Positions 37,384-40,192 of a stretch of DNA of 40,192 nt are shown here, in pieces. Position 1 is the stretch's first letter. Every line of letters begins with the position of its first letter. A program made the translations under genes and the position numbers. The DNA comes from Acidimicrobiia bacterium (lineage in GTDB: Bacteria; Actinomycetota; Acidimicrobiia; IMCC26256; JACDBD01). The stretch lies in assembly GCA_036374115.1 (NCBI GenBank), contig DASUUL010000057.1, positions 1 to 40,192 on the forward strand. The letters run 5' to 3'. The notes under the pieces are model-generated. The model did not search any database. It was not told where the DNA came from and was given only the letters and a program-made list of their open reading frames with translations.

Positions 37384-38434
37384 GGCGGGGGTGGGCGTCG
37401 AAGAAGTCGAGGACGACGGTGGTGGCGTCGATCACGCCGGGCTCGGCGGGTGACTCGGCCCGGGGCCAGGCGTGGCCCCATCCGGCGATCGTCCAGAGCT
37501 CGACGTCGACGCCGCGCGCGCAACCCGCCCAGCGCTCGATCGTGAGGCCGGTCTCGGGCCGTCGGACCTCGGGCCCGGGGTCGCAACGGTCGCGCTCGGC
37601 CCACTGGGCCATGCGCTCCGGCACCGACGGGTTACCGAACGACAGGCCGAGGAGCCCGTTGCCGCCGTACAGGACGACGTCGTCGGCGTCACCGTGGATC
37701 GCGAGCACCGCCACCGGGCCCGATTCGGGACACTTGCCGGTGAGGTTGACGCCCGATACCGGCGCGATCGCAGCAAGACGGTCGCCGAGCGTGCAGCCCA
37801 GCATCGCCGACATCCCGGCGCCGTTGGACATCCCTGCGGCATACAGGCGGTCGGAATCGACGCAGAGCTCGGTTTCGAGCGTGTCGAGCAGCGCGCCCAC
37901 GAAGCCGACGTCGTCGGCACCCACCTCCGACGAGTCGATGCCGATGTTCTGGCCTCGCGGCGGGCCGAAGTCGACCTCGCCCGGACCGAACATGTTCCAG
38001 AACCGCTGGCCCTCGTACTGTGCCCCGCCGGAGCCGGCGAGCACGGCCGGGATCTCGAGCGGCCCGCCGTCCGGCGTCACCACCACGTAGCCGCGCGCAC
38101 CCGCGACCTCGGGCATTCCCGTGATGGCGTTCTGGCTCGCGCCGTCGGCGGTGAAGCCGTGAAGGTTCACCACCAGCGGTGCGCCCTCGCGCCCGTCGTA
38201 GCCCTCCGGGATCGTGAGGAGATAGCTCCGGTCGAGCCCCTCGAAGGCGAGTGTGCGCGCCGTGGTGTCCGCGTCGGCGGGGCGCGCGGGCGTGCACTCG
38301 GGCACCGCCGTCCCGCTCGGCTCCGTCGCCTCCCCGCCCCCGCCGTCGCCACCGCTGCACGCCAACGCGATCCCGAGCACGCCGACGAGCACGATGCGTG
38401 CGTTGTGCGTGACTATCGCGCACAATGCACGCAT
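37379..38434 (-). CDS. Esterase lipoprotein of the LpqC / PHB-depolymerase (CE1-like) family.
   Basis: Signal peptide plus lipobox (VLGIALAC). PLVVNLHG, ADDVGFVGALLD, nucleophile elbow GMSNGAGM, and AIHGDADDVV. Confidence 0.8.
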   Translation of the reverse strand: MRALCAIVTHNARIVLVGVLGIALACSGGDGGGGEATEPSGTAVPECTPARPADADTTARTLAFEGLDRSYLLTIPEGYDGREGAPLVVNLHGFTADGASQNAITGMPEVAGARGYVVVTPDGGPLEIPAVLAGSGGAQYEGQRFWNMFGPGEVDFGPPRGQNIGIDSSEVGADDVGFVGALLDTLETELCVDSDRLYAAGMSNGAGMSAMLGCTLGDRLAAIAPVSGVNLTGKCPESGPVAVLAIHGDADDVVLYGGNGLLGLSFGNPSVPERMAQWAERDRCDPGPEVRRPETGLTIERWAGCARGVDVELWTIAGWGHAWPRAESPAEPGVIDATTVVLDFFDAHPRP

Positions 38435-38439
38435 CTATG
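38392..38439. repeat. 48-bp hyphenated palindrome, copy 2, spanning the amidohydrolase stop / esterase start junction.
   Basis: GATGCGTGCG-ttgtgcgtg-actat-cgcgcacaa-TGCACGCATC; the arms pair at about 17/19 positions. It contains the esterase ATG (38432-38434) and the amidohydrolase TAG (38435-38437). Confidence 0.85.
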
Positions 38440-39556
38440 CGTCGAAGCCGTACACGCGGGCGGCGTTGCCGGCGAGGATGAGCCCGCGTTCGTGGCTGGG
38501 CACGCCCGAGAACGTCGCCTGGATCGTGCGCCACGAGTGGGGCCAGTCGGCGCTGATGTGCGGGTAGTCGCTCGACCACATGATCCGCTCCACGCCGATG
38601 CGGTGCCGGTTGTGGATCCCGAAGGTGTCGGTGATGAAGCCGAAATGGAAGTGTCGTTCGATGTATTCGCTCGGTGGTGCTTGAAGCCCGAAGTGGCTCA
38701 CCGGTTCGAGGCGCTGGAAGTTGTTGTCGATCTGCTCCTTCACGTACGGCACCCAGCCGCAGTCGACCTCGGCGATCGTGAACACGAGCTCCGGGAACCG
38801 GTCGAAGACGCCGCTGAACACCAGCTCGACGATCCGGTTGGGCGCGTCGAAGAAGCGTCCGTAGCCGGGCAGCTTCGCCCGGTGGGCCGCGGGCATGGTC
38901 TTGGTGAGGCTCACGTGGATGCTCACGGGCACCCCGGCCTCCACGGCCCGGGCCCAGACCTTGTCGTCGTCGGGTGACGGCTCCAGCGTCCCGTTCGGGT
39001 AGCAGCCGATGAGGACGCCGCGCATGCCGGGCCGGTCGACCACGCGGTCGATCTCGGCCGCGGCCGCCTCGACCCCGCAGCCCGGGAGGAGCGCGAGCCC
39101 GCCGAAGCGGTCGGGCGCCTCGGCGACGTACTCCGACAGCCAGTCGTTGTACGCCCGCACGCACGCGACGTGGAGCTCGGCGTCGGGGTTGGCGACGATG
39201 CCCTGCGAGAGGCGCGGCGTGGGATAGAGCACCTCGGCGTCGACGCCGTCGCGGTCCATCTCCTCGAGGCGGGCCGCGGGGTCGTAGCCGCCGCGGCGCA
39301 GGTCCTCGAAGCGGGCCCAGCCCCTCATCTCGCTCGGCGGGAGCCCGGCGCAGGCGTTCATGCCGAAGTTGATCGGGTCGTCGACGCCCTCGATCACCCA
39401 GGCGTCGCCTTCCTCGAAGCGCTCGATGCGCGGCGCCCGGTCGCGGAGGCGCTCCGGCACCCGCTCGACCCAGAGGTCGGGGGGTTCGTTCACGTGGCTG
39501 TCGGCCGAGATGAGCCGATACCGTCGCTTGCCGCTCCCGTCAGCCACGGCCACCAA
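38435..39556 (-). CDS. Amidohydrolase_2 (ACMSD-like) family metal-dependent hydrolase.
   Basis: SADSHVNEP at the N-terminus, SIHVS, AEVDCGW and SSDYPH. AGGAGGG lies 5-8 nt upstream of the TTG 39556 / GTG 39553 start candidates. Confidence 0.85.
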   Translation of the reverse strand: MVAVADGSGKRRYRLISADSHVNEPPDLWVERVPERLRDRAPRIERFEEGDAWVIEGVDDPINFGMNACAGLPPSEMRGWARFEDLRRGGYDPAARLEEMDRDGVDAEVLYPTPRLSQGIVANPDAELHVACVRAYNDWLSEYVAEAPDRFGGLALLPGCGVEAAAAEIDRVVDRPGMRGVLIGCYPNGTLEPSPDDDKVWARAVEAGVPVSIHVSLTKTMPAAHRAKLPGYGRFFDAPNRIVELVFSGVFDRFPELVFTIAEVDCGWVPYVKEQIDNNFQRLEPVSHFGLQAPPSEYIERHFHFGFITDTFGIHNRHRIGVERIMWSSDYPHISADWPHSWRTIQATFSGVPSHERGLILAGNAARVYGFDA

Positions 39557-39580
39557 CGCACCCTCCTGATCGGCTCCGCG

Positions 39581-40192
39581 ATGTCACAGACTGCCACGCC
39601 CCGACCGGCCAGCACCTTCGTCGTCAGCCTCACGCCGTTCACTACCGACGAGACCCTCGACGAGGACGGGCTGCGAGCCCACCTCCGGCGCCTCCGCGCC
39701 GGCGGCATCGGCGTGTACCTCGGCGGCAGCGGGAGCGGCGAGGGCTACACCCTCAGCGCCGGCGAGCGCCGCCGCGTGCTCGAGATCGGGGTCGAGGAGC
39801 TGCGCGGCCGGGTCCCGGTGCGGGCCATGGGTGTGGAGCCGCGCTCCGCCGGCGAGATGATCGAGCTCGGCGGGGTCGCGGCCCACGCCGGTGTCGACGC
39901 CTTGCAGGTGTACTCGCTCGACCAGGGGCACGGGAACCAGCCGCGCCCCGACGAGCTCGAGCGGTACCTCACCGACGTACTCGACGCCGTCGCGCTGCCG
40001 GTCGTGCTCGCCTCGCACCAGGCGGCCGGCTACCACCTCCCGGTCGAGCTGATCGGCGCGCTCCTCGACCGTTACAGCGGCGCCATCGTCGGCGTGAACT
40101 GCACCAGCAACGACCTCACCTACCTCGTGCGGGTGCTCGACACGGTCGCGGGCCGTGTCGACGTGCACGTCGGCGGCCCGATGCACGCGCTC
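39581..40192 (+). CDS. DapA/NanA (class I aldolase, DHDPS-like) family protein, 5' part. The 3' end lies outside the window.
   Basis: This ORF is not in the ORF track because it has no stop. My own translation from ATG 39581 gives MSQTATPRPASTFVVSLTPFT...LGGSGSGEGYTLSAGERRRV...VDALQVYS...PVVLASHQ...AIVGVNCTSNDL. The frame is open to the window end and GC3 is high. Confidence 0.75.
   Translation, partial: MSQTATPRPASTFVVSLTPFTTDETLDEDGLRAHLRRLRAGGIGVYLGGSGSGEGYTLSAGERRRVLEIGVEELRGRVPVRAMGVEPRSAGEMIELGGVAAHAGVDALQVYSLDQGHGNQPRPDELERYLTDVLDAVALPVVLASHQAAGYHLPVELIGALLDRYSGAIVGVNCTSNDLTYLVRVLDTVAGRVDVHVGGPMHAL

Noticed and set aside
34199-37604. 929-aa (+) and 1130-aa (-) ORFs inside lhr.
   Set aside because: These are alternative and antisense frames of the 1402-aa Lhr gene. 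Only the Lhr frame carries helicase motifs and a normal composition.
37336-38439. Interpretation of the two palindromic elements as integron attC sites.
   Set aside because: There are no RYYYAAC / GTTRRRY core sites at the element ends, no intI-like integrase or attI in the window, and only one bracketed gene. I kept it as an unexplained repeat finding rather than an integron call.
39584-40186. 200-aa minus-strand ORF at the right edge of the window.
   Set aside because: It is antisense to the open-ended DapA-family frame, which has the family motifs and high GC3. The minus-strand product is Ala/Gly/Arg/Val-rich with no motifs.

Overview
This is a very GC-rich, actinobacterial-style chromosomal segment in which third codon positions are almost always G/C. 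All family calls rest on motif recognition by eye, because no database search was possible. About 40 protein genes are supported. They are: a glycoside hydrolase 3' end; a divergent pair of cell-wall hydrolases (M23 peptidase and coiled-coil glucosaminidase); an alpha/beta hydrolase; a conserved hypothetical; a four-gene CUT1-type sugar ABC operon (ATPase, binding protein, two permeases); pncB; a P450; a histidine kinase / NarL-type regulator next to a MacB/FtsX-type ABC exporter; dinB; a lower-GC islet with VOC and GNAT genes; a small STAS protein convergent with an ECF sigma factor carrying a fused SnoaL-like domain; a DrrAB-type ABC-2 exporter; a crotonase; a second VOC; an adenine-deaminase / amidohydrolase / methyltransferase operon; a hypothetical / GlxA(AraC) / DJ-1 operon; a decayed ArsR-SRPBCC remnant; a beta-carbonic anhydrase; a ClC channel; a SnoaL ester cyclase; the large helicase lhr; an LpqC/PHB-depolymerase-like esterase lipoprotein; a second amidohydrolase; and a partial DapA-family gene. 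I saw no rRNA, tRNA, CRISPR array, transposase, integrase, phage gene or recognisable defence system. I cannot point to a convincing new multi-gene system. The strongest unexplained signal is a pair of 48-bp hyphenated palindromes that bracket the esterase gene in an identical TAG-ATG register. Other observations: LexA-type boxes sit on the start codons of both dinB and lhr. An ECF41-like promoter motif is embedded in a palindrome upstream of drrAB. The STAS and sigma genes overlap convergently by 90 nt. One permease carries a large extracytoplasmic insertion. A 16-mer occurs in tandem three times in a divergent promoter region. Several reading frames are disrupted or eroded. Most long ORFs in the supplied track are Arg/Pro/Gly-rich shadow frames of real genes.
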